Source of the DNA: Eledone cirrhosa | Taxonomy: Eukaryota | Direction of reading: 5' to 3' | DNA: 64,000 nt | Assembly: GCA_964016885.1 (NCBI GenBank) | Contig: OZ024749.1 | Coordinates: 43,462,001-43,526,000, forward strand | Shown here: one piece after another, positions 14,445 through 28,677 of the stretch | Numbering within the stretch: the first letter of the stretch is position 1 | Layout: each line of letters opens with the position of its first letter | Translations under genes and position numbers: made by a program | Notes under the pieces: model-generated | Database searches by the model: none | Seen by the model: the letters and a program-made list of their open reading frames with translations, nothing else | Told to the model about the DNA's origin: nothing

Positions 14445-14631
14445 CAGTGCCGAATTTACAATCAGTCCCAGTCAGTGCTTAGGTGTGCTTAAGCACAGAG
14501 TCCCGTTGGCCAGGGGGGAACATCTTCCTGCCCATTCTTTTCTTTTGCCGGGCATACCTCCTTCAGGGCTCAAGTAAGGTGCTTCAAAACTTAACTAGCA
14601 CAGGGCCTCATTTGTCCTAAATCCAGCGCTA
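14445..14631. mobile_element. hAT-type MITE inside an old SINE-A
   Basis: Imperfect TIRs 'cagtgccgaattta' / 'taaatccagcgcta'; 8-bp TSD gtcctagt (14437-14444) / gtcccagt (14632-14639). Confidence 0.7.
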
Positions 14632-15736
14632 GTCCCAGTGTATCACTAACAATTAATTTATTCATCGCAGAAAAGTGGAGTAATATAAAGTTCAATCTAG
14701 AGTGAAACCTGCCATGACTGCCCTGTAAATTACCGAAACTATTAAAATAGTATGTTGTTGTACTTGTTAATGATGTTGTTTAGTGAGAGGTCTACACTGA
14801 GCAATTAGACCTAGAATCAAAACTAGTCCATCAAAATATTTTATTGAAATATCCATGTATCTAGGACTTTTTCTGTGGGCTTCTGTTTTTTTTTTTTGGG
14901 GGGGGGGGGGTATAGTGTTGGAAAGATTTCTCATAAGGAGAAATGAGTCCCTACCTACCTACCTACTTACCTGCCTACTCACCTGCCTACCTACCTACCT
15001 ACCTACCTACCTATATACATACATGCATACATACATACATGCATGCATACATACATACATACATACATACATACATACATACATACATACATACATACAT
15101 ACATACATACATGCATGCATACATACATACGTACTCATACACTCATATAAACAAACATATAAACATACATACACACACACAAGATTTTAGTGAGATGTAT
15201 TTACTATTCCTAACAAACAGAGCGTCAGGGAACAGTTTTCTTCTGCAGCAATATTGTATATGTTAATCTTAGGTTATGTATTTTGATTTTATGTATCTGC
15301 AATATGTAAACGAAAGACGATAAACAGACACCTAACGTGAGAAGTTTTTCATAATAATCCCAGGTTTAAACATATTAAATATAATATTTCCGAAATCTTT
15401 CTTTTGCTATTTCACAAATCTTCTTCTGAAATACATATAATGCATAGAATAAAGACAAAATATTCCTTGAAATATAATATATCATGTCAAAGACAGACAT
15501 AAGAGAGAAGATGCTGTCTTATCAAGTATTCCGATCAACAAAACATTTATTGTGTTCGTATAATGGCGTCTTAAGTCGGCATGATGGATATCCTACAGAT
15601 GAGCTATGTTTCAATGTGGAAATTACTTCTATAACATCATCTATCACAAACGACGCCTGTGACGCTTTATTCGTTTAAAAACTTTAACATAAACACGTAA
15701 AGTCGAAAGCTCAGTCCGTGATGATAATCCCAGATC

Positions 15737-15783
<47 letters not shown>

Positions 15784-15801
15784 TGTGTGCAGGAGAGAGA
15801 G

Positions 15802-15873
<72 letters not shown>

Positions 15874-17928
15874 ATTATATTTCGTAGTAAAACGTAAGAT
15901 ATGCGTACATGTGTGATAAAATAAGGTTGATAGCGCGTGGGCGAGAGAAAGAATAAGAGCGATAAAGCAAGAAAGAGGTGGGTTGTAACAAAAGTGTGAA
16001 GTAGCATTGATAATAATGGCGACTGAATAAAACGGACTTTAACGTTGGTGAGGATAAACAGCGGTGGAGAACGACAGGAATATATATCAAACGATAGAAC
16101 GCTCGAAGTGGTAATATACAGAGCTAAGGGGGAGGGAGGTAGAATGAAGAGAAGAAAGGAAGGAAGAACAAGAAGGTATATGAATGAGAATAAAAATAGT
16201 TAGTGGTTATATATGAATATAAGCGATACGTTATGATAAGACCATAAAATATTATATGTCCAATTCGGCGTGACCAACCTCTTGACTTTTTCTAAAAACG
16301 TTCTCCAAAACTTTATCCCGCACCCCCTATTCTCAAGCGTGAACCTAATACCAACACCGTTCGTAACTGCACTCCTTGTTTTTGTTTTGTTCTTTGCCAA
16401 TATATATATATCCTGGTATGTTTATATACATTTTTTCTTCTAACTTTAATTTTATACCTAATTGTGTATGGTTGACGATATATTTAATCATTTTCCACGT
16501 GCTATTGAAATGCTGGGTAAATATTCTATAGCTGTTGATCGCGAATAGATGGCTGTCGTTTATTTATCTCTTATTTCTTTATAGGTGCCTTTTAATCTTA
16601 TAGCCTGGTTTAATTGGTTTTGTGTGTGGTTGATTATGCTAATTGGGAGAGGAAATGGTGTATATATCTTATCAAATGATTCTATGGACATAATTTATAG
16701 TATATCAATTGTATTCGTGGAAGAAGGTTTGATCGAACGAAAGCTGCATGGAACCTTGGAATCGAACCCCTGTCCACAGCAAATGTAATAATACTGCCAT
16801 GTTCGTGTGTAAATGCAAGATTGTCAAATCAAATTATCACTTTCATTCAATTGCTTGGAATATCGCCAATACCATCAGTAAATCAGAATCTCTGTAATGA
16901 CATGATTCTCTACTGTAATATATTAGAATACTCATTAGTAGTTGATAGAAAAATCTGTTCTACATGTTAACAACCGAATTCTAGTTTTAATTCTACAAGT
17001 GATATTTGCATAGGAAACTTGTTCCGGAATCTGTAAGTTCATGTTTGAACTCTAACTGACTAAATGTGCAGATATTCTTGGATCGTGAAAACTATCTTAA
17101 TTTCCTTTATAAATAGAATAAATTCCTATTTCAGTTCTTAAATTAAAAATATGGCCATCTTATACGACCACTAGTTGTGTATCATTTAAACAGATAATTT
17201 ATAATGTTCTGAAGAGTTAGTAACGATAATTCAGAACATTGGTTGAATAATGAAAAATTACTACTCAAATATATTTCTGAAACAGTATGCTAGTAAGTGA
17301 ATATCGATCGGTCAATGGAATTTATGTTTAATGTTATATCATTGTATTGTGAGATAACAGCAATTTCTTAAAGCTGCCTTTGAGCTATATGAAAGTATAG
17401 TGATTTGTGTTCCTGTAGGACAATTTTCACTGAAGAGGTTTAGTCGAGAACAAGATTGACTCTAGCGTGTATCTTATACGGGTCAATGACGACAATTCAG
17501 TTCCACATTAAATCAGAATTAAATCGTGAGACTACATAGTTTTATCTTACTTTTCATCCATTTCATAATGTGAGCTAATAAAAACTATGAATAGCTTTCA
17601 TATCTTTTACATAGCTCTCTGTGGCTAATAAAGAAATCATATGTTTAACTGTTAATTCTTTTATCAGTTAAACATATGATTTCTTACGTAGAGTTCTGAC
17701 CAGAAAGAGTGGGATTCGGTCCTATGAGGTAGGGGTTACGCTAGGGCTTTTTGTTTCTATCGCATCTGGTCACTCTTTCTATCAATTTTATCAATTCTAT
17801 CTCCAGACATGCGGCAGATGTAGTACCAAGGCCTGAAACCATTATTACTGTTGTTTTTGTTGCATTTATTATTCACACGCATTTATTATCCCCCCCCCCC
17901 ATCTCTCGCTCTCTCTCTCTCTCTCAGT

Positions 17929-17991
<63 letters not shown>

Positions 17992-18537
17992 TCTCTGGCG
18001 CTTGTTCTCAATCTTTCTCTTATCACCATCATTTCTTTACTTTAAACCTCATCGATTTTACACTAATCGCCCTCTTCATAAATCGCGTTTGAAGACTATC
18101 TTTTCTCTTTTGTTGTTAAATTTACTTTGAGGTGGATGGTAGTGTTTATAAGTTTGAATTATAAGAACATTAAAGGGTACAGTGTTTCGATGATACATGG
18201 AGAGGAATACTGGGGCTTATAAATCAAAGTTTAACCCTTGTTTTGTTTATTTCTCTGTTAGATTATTTCTTATATTTTCACTCATTTCATAAATTGTTCA
18301 AAAATCGATAAAATAGAGTAATAAAATAGTGGATAAAAAGATTTCTTTTCCATATTATCTAAAGTGTTTTAAGTTAGGTACACAGTTGTGCACATCATGC
18401 ACCACCAATACACACACATAGACACAAAGACATATATAATCACATATGTACATATACATATATATAAATACACACATACATACGTATATATATATATATA
18501 TATATATATATTTCCGGCTGTGTTTGTATATATATAT

Positions 18538-18577
<40 letters not shown>

Positions 18578-18677
18578 ATGCCTTTCTCTGTGTCTGTGTG
18601 TGTAAATATGTGATTGTTGTAAGACATGTCAGCTTATGATTTACAACTTACGGTGTACATACATATGTGCGAGCGTG

Positions 18678-18736
<59 letters not shown>

Positions 18737-19237
18737 ATATGTGCGTGTATATATGTATGTGTGTGAATGTATGTGTATGTGGGAGAGTGCGTTGTGAAAA
18801 AAATAGATATCAAAGACCTGTTTTAATTTATTTGTTACAGAGTTTATCACATTAGATCAAATTTTTGTAGCGATTCCGTGATTGAAATTACTGATCTTTA
18901 CCGCAAGTTTCAGATTCTACAATTACCTACCTAATCTGTCCCCCGTCCCCTCTCTCATTTCCTCCCCCTGGCCCTCCTGGCCTTCGTTTCTACCGCCCTC
19001 TCTTCCCCTTTGCTTTTTCTCATTTAACTTTTGAGATGCAACCCAACACCACATTATCCACCCAACCTAACTCGTTATATGTTATATTATATAATATCTA
19101 CACCTTCATGTTTGGTCAGCCGACTCTGGTATGTATCTATCTATGCATCGGTTTCTTTATCTATCTATCTACTTAACTGTCTATCTACCTTATATTCATT
19201 CTCTCTATCTACATATCTAACTTTCTATTTATCCCTC

Positions 19238-19422
<185 letters not shown>

Positions 19423-19494
19423 ATGTCTATATCAGTCCATATATCTATCAACCTGTCATGTTTGGCCATGTCTGAAATAACGTATATTTTCTAC

Positions 19495-19705
19495 AGTGGT
19501 TAGATAGTTGTAAGCGGCGGCGAATGCTCTGAGTTCAAATCGCGCCACCAGGACCCGCTGGAAGGAGTGTTTGAGGACTCTTCCTCCCCACGACCCTCTC
19601 AGGAAGAAGAAGAAGAAGAAGAAGAAGAAGAAGAAGAAGAAGAAGAAGAAGAAGAAGAAGAAGAAGAAGAAGAAGAAGAAGAAGAAGAAGAAGAAGAAGA
19701 AGAAG

Positions 19706-19749
<44 letters not shown>
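19495..19749 (+). mobile_element. tRNA-like SINE head followed by (GAA)n(CAA)n tract
   Basis: 'gtggttagatag...gagttcaaatcgcgccacca' (A/B-box-like, ending in CCA), then a long GAA/CAA run at 19603-19749. Confidence 0.45.
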
Positions 19750-19787
19750 GAGCTCCACCAGATTTAAAATATATATATATATATATA

Positions 19788-20004
19788 GAGGCGTGTGGCT
19801 GAGTGGTTAGAGAATTGGATTCGCAATCGTGAGGTTGTGAGTTCGCTTCCTGGACCAGGCGACGCGTTATGTCCTTGAGCAAGACACTTTATTTCACGTT
19901 GCTCCTTCTACCTGGAGTTGCGACCGATAGATAGTATTAGCAATTGGAAAGACCAACGGAAACATTGTTTCCTCGGTCCGATTTGACGAAAGTCGATCGA
20001 TCCT
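19788..20004 (+). mobile_element. CORE-type tRNA SINE with structured 3' domain
   Basis: A box 'tggctgagtgg', B box 'gagttcgcttcc', CORE-like 'gtccttgagcaagacacttt'; second copy at 41980-42169. Confidence 0.85.
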
Positions 20005-20126
20005 AAAAAATATATATATATATATATTTATTAAAATAACAGATTTGCTCTACGGTTCTTATATATTTGATATATATTTTCCTTATCGAGCCCTCTTTGG
20101 GTTTTAGTCTTCAATTTTATTATTAT

Positions 20127-20191
<65 letters not shown>

Positions 20192-20194
<3 letters not shown>

Positions 20195-20439
20195 CGTTTC
20201 TTAATTTGTTTAGCAAGATTCTTTATCTGAAAACGTGTGTTGAAACCGATATTGTTATACTTTGGGAGGGTCATGTTGCCAATAAGAAACACACGCACCA
20301 GTTGTTTCACTTCAATTTATTATAAATTAAATTTATAAATTCCTAAATTTATGAATTTAATTTATAATAAATTGAAGTGAAAGCAACTGGTGCGTGTGTT
20401 TCTTATTGGCAACATGACCCTCCCAAAGTATAACAATAT
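20192..20439 (-). mobile_element. Family D fold-back element
   Basis: About 90-bp inverted arms 20249-20340 / 20346-20439; GAAAC directly follows the central AT-rich stem; TA flanks. Confidence 0.75.
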
Positions 20440-20441
20440 AT

Positions 20442-20622
20442 TAATAATAATAAATGTGAACACTAAAATTCGAAGTGGGCTCAATAAGGAATATATATGA
20501 AAATATATAAAACCCGTAGAGCAAATATTTATTAAAATAACTTATTAAAGTTTCACCCTTAACGGGCCCGTTAAGGGTGAAAACAGCGATTCTTTGCTTA
20601 AACTTTAATCTGTTATTTTAAT
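20442..20622 (-). mobile_element. Family C element with perfect 32-bp palindrome
   Basis: Palindrome tttcacccttaacgggcccgttaagggtgaaa at 20551-20582; the minus strand continues GAAAC-uu-uaau-aa-GUU. Confidence 0.7.
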
Positions 20623-20644
20623 ATATATATATATATATTTCCCT

Positions 20645-21378
20645 CCTTGTGTCTTTAAAGCTTAGAAATATACGAGATCCCCAGTAGACAACTGATGAGG
20701 AAACCCCCCCCCCCCTACACTCCCGTTCTTGCTTTCCTTCGTATTCCTACTGCATTTTAAGTTACCTTAAATAGCAACTACACAGCCATTTCTATTCTCC
20801 ATATATTTCATCATGTTTTTCGCTGTGACCAATCTTCTCTCTCTCCTTCTACCTACCTTTTTCGCCACTTTCTACTCTCCCCCCTCTTTCTTCCTCTCCC
20901 TTTCTCCCTATCTACTCTTACCCCACTTTCTTCCTCTCCCTTTATCCCTCTCACTTTCACCCCCTCGCCTGACCGTTTAGCAGTTCTTTTCTCTCTCACA
21001 ACTGCGGCGATCGGACGTGTGTCTTGATCCTCTCGACTACTCAGTCTTGAACTTAAGTTTTTTTATCGAGTGGTCTTGGATTTCCTACCTATAGTTGCTC
21101 GCACATTGCTCGGTTTGTTGTTGTTTTTTCGCTGTTTTGTTACTGTTTTCTCTTTTCTTCCCCTTTGCTTTCCTTCCCTCCTTCCTTCGTTTTCCCAATA
21201 ACTTATCCAGTTATTGACGCCCTGGGGTGAAGTAGTATCTTGTCTTTAAAGCGTAGAAATATCCGAGACCCCCAGTAGACAACTGATGAGGAAAACTCCC
21301 CCTCCCCCCGTTCTTGCTTTCTTCGTATTCCCACTGCATTTTAAGTTACCTTAAATAGCAACTACACAGCCATTTCTA

Positions 21379-21385
<7 letters not shown>
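20645..21385 (+). mobile_element. Element with about 145-bp terminal direct repeats (pLTR-like) in (TA)n
   Basis: 20650-20800 is repeated at 21241-21383 ('gtctttaaagc...cccagtagacaactgatgaggaaa...catttctattctc'); pyrimidine-rich interior; no ORF. Confidence 0.7.
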
Positions 21386-21468
<83 letters not shown>

Positions 21469-21895
21469 ATTCTTATTGGATATAATTTCAACTCTCTCAA
21501 TCCCTGACCCCGCCCCATCCTAGTTATTCCTCACTAACAATGGCTTTCCCAAATCTATAAATTAATCCCTTATTATAAGCTTTTGCTCACTCTGCCATTT
21601 AGGTGCGTGTGTACGTGTATCTATCTATATGTGTGTGTGAGTGTATGTTTTCGCGTATATATGTGCATGCGTGTGTGCTTAAACGCATGCCCTCTGCTTC
21701 ATTCATTTGTTAGATGGATTTCTAAATGGAATGAAGGCAGCAACACATCATGAAAGGGTTCATCGTTCGTCAACCAACCGATGAAAAGGGAGGAAACCGA
21801 TACAATACTTGTTTCATATAGAGCTTTTTATTTCAACCACCCACTCGCTCTCGCTCTCTTTATATATATATATATTGTGTGTGTTTGTATGTGTG

Positions 21896-21929
<34 letters not shown>

Positions 21930-21944
21930 GTGTTTGTGTGTGTG

Positions 21945-22000
<56 letters not shown>

Positions 22001-22015
22001 CAGACACACAAACAC

Positions 22016-22072
<57 letters not shown>

Positions 22073-22301
22073 GTGTGTATGTATGTTTATTTATATATAT
22101 ATATATATATTCTGTGTACGTGGATTTATATATCTATTTTTCCTCTTCCCTTCTCCTGTCTTCTCTCTCTCTCTCTCTCTCTCTGTATTCGGCTCTTTTG
22201 AAATAACTTTTTTCCACCCGTCTCTTCCCGAAAAGGTTCGAAATAAACAACTTTAATTAGATATTGCTTTGATATAACGAGAACATTATGTGTTTTCAGC
22301 T

Positions 22302-22399
<98 letters not shown>

Positions 22400-22624
22400 G
22401 CTCCCACAGCCTCCAACACACACATGCCCCCACTCCGAAAAAAAAAGCCGTTCCGAAATCTGCCTATAATGTTCACTACGAATGTTTTGAGCTGGTTCAC
22501 CGTCGTAGTTGTAGAGTTGTAGAAATGCTGGGCTGTCAATTTTTCATCGTAAATCAGTTAAAGCTGTAACTAAGAAAAAGGACTGTAATTATTCAAAGTT
22601 GTTACCATTTAATTAAGACCCTCT

Positions 22625-23141
22625 GAGTGTGTGTGGCGGGGAGGGGGATATGTGTGTGGTGTGTGGGTGTGGGGTGTGTAGGTGTGGGGTGTGATGGGGT
22701 GGGGTATGTGGTGTGGGTGGGTGTGTATGTGAGTCTGTTTGTGTGTATGTATATGTGTATCTGTGTGTGAGTGTAGGTGTGTGTGTGTAGGTGTGTGTTT
22801 GTGTATGTGCCTGAGTCTCTCTGTGTGTATGTGTATGCGTATGTGGGTCTGTGTGGGTGTGTTGTGTGAGTGAGCCTGTGTGTGTGAGAGTATGAATGTG
22901 TATGTCTGTGTATGTGTGAGTAGGTGTGAGTGTAAGTGTGGGTGTCTGTGTGTCTGTACGTGCGAGTGTGTGTGTGCGCGTGAGTGTGTGTATGTGTGAG
23001 TATGTGTGAGTATGTGTAAGTGTGGGTGTCTGTGAGTTTATGTGTGCGTGAGTGCATATGTGTGTATGAATGTGTGTGTGTGTGTGTGTATGTGTGTGTG
23101 TACGTGTGTGAATCTGTGTGTGTGTGTGAACGTGTGTGAAT

Positions 23142-23175
<34 letters not shown>
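22625..23175. repeat. Degenerate (TG)n-rich tract
   Basis: Low-complexity TG/GT sequence. Confidence 0.9.
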
Positions 23176-23177
<2 letters not shown>

Positions 23178-23426
23178 AGCCACTCTACCGTTGTTGAGTA
23201 CACCGTTATCAGTGATTCGCACATATTACTCCCCACCCCCTCCACCTTCTCCGATAGGAATCGATAATGACAAAGACAAAGGAAACCAAATATCGATATC
23301 AGAGAGATGTGAACTCAGTTTAATTTATACAGCTAAATACAATCGATAGGGTTTTTCGCTACATTGAAGAAAAGAAAATGAACGAAAAGTCATTACTTTA
23401 TCTTCAGATGTAAATGTTTAAATACC

Positions 23427-23493
<67 letters not shown>

Positions 23494-23505
23494 TATATAT
23501 ATGTA

Positions 23506-23560
<55 letters not shown>

Positions 23561-23693
23561 GTATATATATATATATATATATACGTATATATATATATAT
23601 ATATATAATAGCTTTAATATTTAACTTACTTCTCAGGGCAATTTCGTTTAGCATCCATTTCATCTTTTAAGTTCATAAAATTAGTCCAGTTAT

Positions 23694-23749
<56 letters not shown>

Positions 23750-25334
23750 ATATATATATATATACACACTCCGTGAGTACAGTACACAATTTTAGATGTT
23801 TACAAAGGGGAAAATCTATAGCAAGCTCCAGGCAACTTCCTCGAGGCGGCGTTCTGGACACAGACTAGCGATCTTGATGTTAACATTCCTTTAATGCATC
23901 GTTCGCAACGTTTGTGTGTTATAATGATTGCGATGATAACGTCGATGTTGGCGACGGAACGCAGCGGAGGGGTGGTGGCAGTGTTGGCTAAAATAAAATA
24001 TGATAAGATAAAGTCCAAGCACTTTGAAAGCATACGTTACCTCGCTAATCTGGAGACAGATCGTCAATAAATTTAGTTGAACGTCGTCCATCTTAGATAA
24101 ATATGTAGCTCCTGTAAAGTTTCATGAATGATATTTACTATTCGATATGAAAGCGTTTTCTAAACTTACTAAAGAACAGACACTAAAATTATCTGATATA
24201 ACTGACTCTCCTGTCTGCCTTGTGTATCTGTCAGTTTTCACACACACGAGGATGAATTACTGTTACTTTACTTCTTTACAGATGGCGGGGTAACTGCAAC
24301 TGTAAAGTATTATAGCAGCATTGTATAGGAACGCCACGAATCCCGTGATACATACAATCATCGAGGTGCAAGATGCAAAGTAGGCTGTCCTGGGTGTAAA
24401 GAGCAGAGAAGGTGGTGCTTTCAGAATAGTGGCCGGTTTTACTTTCAATAGGGAAGAGAGATTGGGTGTTTATCTTATATAGAATATTTTCTAATGTATC
24501 GTAATAAATTGTTTAATATGCAACATAATTCTGATCAATATGATTGAAACACACATATGAATATATAAATATATGTGGGAAAACAGAGTGGATGTTAAGG
24601 AGGAGTTTGTTTTGTGAAAAGGAAAGTACAGAGAGTTTGCTGAGTCCAAAATAACGTCGAGGAAGTGTACTCGAGTTAGATTGGTTTGTATAATTGAGAC
24701 CTAACTTAAAAAATAAAAATTGAGCGGAGGTTCTTTCTGAACCTGTCAGTGGCTCAAGGGGGTAACTTTGTACAGTACGAATTGTCCATCGACATGGAAT
24801 AGCCTGCCATTAATTCATGTGAACTGTTTTTTTTTTATTTATTTAGTATTTAAAGGTGGATCAAACCATTCATCTCCGCTGAGTCGCTCGTATTCATATT
24901 GGCGTCGACGGGGATATAAAATGTATCGCTTATCCACACACATCAATCATAGTTTAACAAGGTTTCCTCGTCTATTAATGTGGACGAATGTTTTGACGTA
25001 AGACAGTGAACCTATTAAACAGTGGCTCGGTAATGGGTGCGTAATAATCCTTTTATCTTTAGTGTCAGTTAAACGACGGAACCAGTCAATTACCTCCGAA
25101 CTGTTACTCTATAGAGGCAGTGGCGAGGATCTTTGATTTATGTCATCACTTATGGTTTCGGTGTCCGATCTAGTTGGGATTATCAGCCAAATAAGGGGTT
25201 TACTCTCATAGTTGGCTATCTAATCCTTCGAGGTGAAATGTGAGTGGTTTAACTTTAAGGGTATTCGTTCTTACATTGCTCATTTGTGAATGGGGGAAGG
25301 ATGCATGTATAAATGCATATATATATATATATGT

Positions 25335-25770
25335 ATTAATATTAATAAGGTAATGAATTCTTTTACAATGGAATCAGCTCGAATGAGGAAAAAATATCCC
25401 CTGAGCAGTGTATAAATTAATATGTATGTGATGAAACACAGATACCAACACATCTGTATATATATTGCAAAAGAAAAATTTAGCCAGATTGAAGTATACT
25501 AATTATTATACTACAGTTTGTCCATATCGATTTAAAATAATAAATCAACGGAGACGAACTGTATCGCCAAAAGGCCGTGATGTTTAGACACATTTAAATT
25601 TCAAAATCAAACCTGTTCCGTAGATAAGTTTAGACTTTAAGATCCAAATATGTTTCGAGTTAAATAAGTGTAGGAATATCTTGTCCCGCTCTCCTCAGTA
25701 AACATCCAGAGACAATTTTTCTTTTGCAATATATATACAGATGTGTTGGTATCTGTGTTTCATCACATAT
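25335..25770 (-). mobile_element. Family G element: 56-bp inverted arms enclosing a degenerate hammerhead
   Basis: Arms 25425-25480 / 25714-25769. Minus strand 25641-25706 reads CUGAGGA-gag...cuc-GAAAC-auauu. Confidence 0.65.
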
Positions 25771-26310
25771 ATATATATATGTATATCAACGGATATCCAA
25801 AATACAAATGATATTTGAGTATAGGATCGCTTCCGCTTTGTTCACATAATTACATTTATTGTTTCATGTAATTTCTACGTGAGTAAAATAAAGTCAAATA
25901 AATGATGATAATTATAGGCTTCTCAAATCATAATAAACATGTATGAGTGTGATGGTGGTGGCGGCGACGGTGGTGGCGGCACTGGGTCCGACGGTGGTGG
26001 TGGTGGTGGTGGTGGTTGTGGTGGTGGTGGTGGTGATGTGTGGAAGAGGTGGTGGGGTAGTTGGTGGCGGTAACGGTGGTGCTAGTGGTCGTAGGGACGG
26101 TGTAGTTGGTACTATCACTACATCAATTCTACATAGTTTATATGTACATTAATAACAGACATTTTCAATTTCCGAACACAATTCTTTCTTAACTTACTAA
26201 TGACGTAATTTGTAGCTTGAGACATGATTCTAGTAATTTGTTTTGACTAATGAACACGACAGAAGACCGATATGGAGAGAAATATATATATATATATACA
26301 TATATATATG

Positions 26311-26385
<75 letters not shown>

Positions 26386-26464
26386 ATATATATATATATG
26401 TGTTGTATATATATGTGTATATATATATATAGGTATATATGTATATATATATATGTGTTGTATA

Positions 26465-26515
<51 letters not shown>

Positions 26516-26523
26516 TGTATATA

Positions 26524-26601
<78 letters not shown>

Positions 26602-26675
26602 TGTGTTGTGTATATATGTATGTAGATATATATATATATATGTGTGTGTGTGTATGTATATATGTGTATGTATGT

Positions 26676-26712
<37 letters not shown>

Positions 26713-26725
26713 GGAGAGAGGGGGG

Positions 26726-26765
<40 letters not shown>

Positions 26766-26849
26766 AGAAAGGTAGACAGACAGACAAACACATGGAAAGG
26801 TGAGACAGACAAAGAGAGGGAAAGATAGAGAGAGAGAGGGAGAGAGAGG

Positions 26850-26923
<74 letters not shown>

Positions 26924-27102
26924 CTGTTGTATTATTGATCTGTGGAAGTCATGAAGATTAGAGAATAAAGAGAAAGAAAAAATAGAAAGAGTGGAAACAA
27001 CAAAGGGGTGGGCGGAGTAAAGTATTCACTGTCATGATGTACCGGCTGTTTATGGTGTGTGTGTGTGTGTGTAGGTGTGTGTAGGTGTGTGTGTGTGTGT
27101 GT

Positions 27103-27141
<39 letters not shown>

Positions 27142-27171
27142 TCCATCAATTATGTCTTTATTACTAGTGCT

Positions 27172-27440
27172 AGCGGTGGATTGGCATTATCGGTAGAGCG
27201 ACGGACAAAATGCTTTGCAGCATAGAGTTATGGCCCTTTACATTCTGAGATCAAATCCTTTTCGTACCAGTAATGCACTGGGATAATTGCTGGCCTTGTG
27301 CCAAAAGTAGAAAGAATTATTATTATTATTATTATTATAAGGTTAACTTTGCCTTTCATCCTTAGGGGGTCGATAAAATAAAGTACCAGTAATACACTGG
27401 GTATTTGCTGGCCTTGTGCCAAAAGTAGAAACAATTATTA
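27172..27440 (+). mobile_element. SINE-A (internally deleted) plus a 5'-truncated SINE-A in its tail
   Basis: The head joins directly to 'gtaccag'; a second core-plus-tail follows the (ATT)n. Confidence 0.85.
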
Positions 27441-28677
27441 TTTACTTCTAGTATTTTACAAACCCTCCAACTATCTATCCATGGGACCTGAACTCCCTCT
27501 TGATAAAATGTTAGGGGTTCCATCGTGACATACCGTCGGTGTATTCGATATTTTAAGCCTGACGGGAACAATCCCTCTCCAGCTCTAACCATAGCCGATT
27601 TCTTCAAGTGGGTATGAGAGAGAGAGGGGAGAGAGAGAGAGAGATAAAGTGAAAGAGAGAGACAGAGAGTGATAGAGAGAGACAGACAGAGAAACAGATA
27701 GAGAGAGGCAGGGAGAGAGAGAGACAGATAGAGAGAGAGTAAAAGAGAGAGTGTGAGAAAGAGAGAGTGAACGAGAGAGAAAGAAAGACAGAGAGTGAGA
27801 GAGAGGAGGAAAAATACAAGCAGACATGTGGTGATAAAGAAAGAATCGATCCCAGTATTCGATTCGTACTTTATTTATCGACCTCGAAACGAGGAAGGCA
27901 ATGTTGCCCTCGGCGTCATTTGTAGTCAGACTATATACAGTTGTTACAAATACCACAAATAATTCTCTCCGTTTTTCTCACGTCTGTCATTGTACCACCA
28001 ATATTTTTACTATATCAACTACTGTCATAAATTCGATAAACTCTATTTTTCTGGCATATATTTTTTGCTATCATTGATGTATGATTAATTATATATACAC
28101 TTTACTTTCATAAAGAATTTAAAATATTAAAAGACAAAGCAGGTGAACATATCTAAAACAAACGACAATATTTAAAGATTTTTAATAGAAAATATATTTT
28201 GTTTTCATTATATAACATCGTTTAACTATGTTTAATATTCGTTTAACTGTTTAATATTCATAAGAACCACATATTTCAATAAAGATATATGGAAATCTGA
28301 TGAAATTCCTGAAAGTTTCAACAACTTGTTATGAAACATTAATAACCTTCAAATGCTCTTTTGACCTGCCATTTTTATTTTTCCTTTTAAACAATAACAA
28401 TTGTCATAGAAAATATCTCGAAATACTTTAAATCTTTGGTGATTTTTTAAAATATTTAAATAAAGCTTTAGATTGGAAATCATTCTTTAAAATGGATACA
28501 GGCGTAATGAATTGCATAGAATTGCAATGAGAGGAGTGAGAATAGTGAATGATCTTTATGTGTATGTATATGTAATCAGTGCAAGTAGGGGTGACATCAA
28601 AACATGTCTTTCGTTGATTATATTCAATCCTGTCTTTATGGCTTAATGTTGTTATTTTCTAGTAATAAATGACAATA

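Noticed and set aside
23800-24095. Two minus-strand exons separated by a 53-nt intron
   Set aside because: Splice-like signals exist but the intron is very short and the peptides are unrecognisable; needs RNA-seq.
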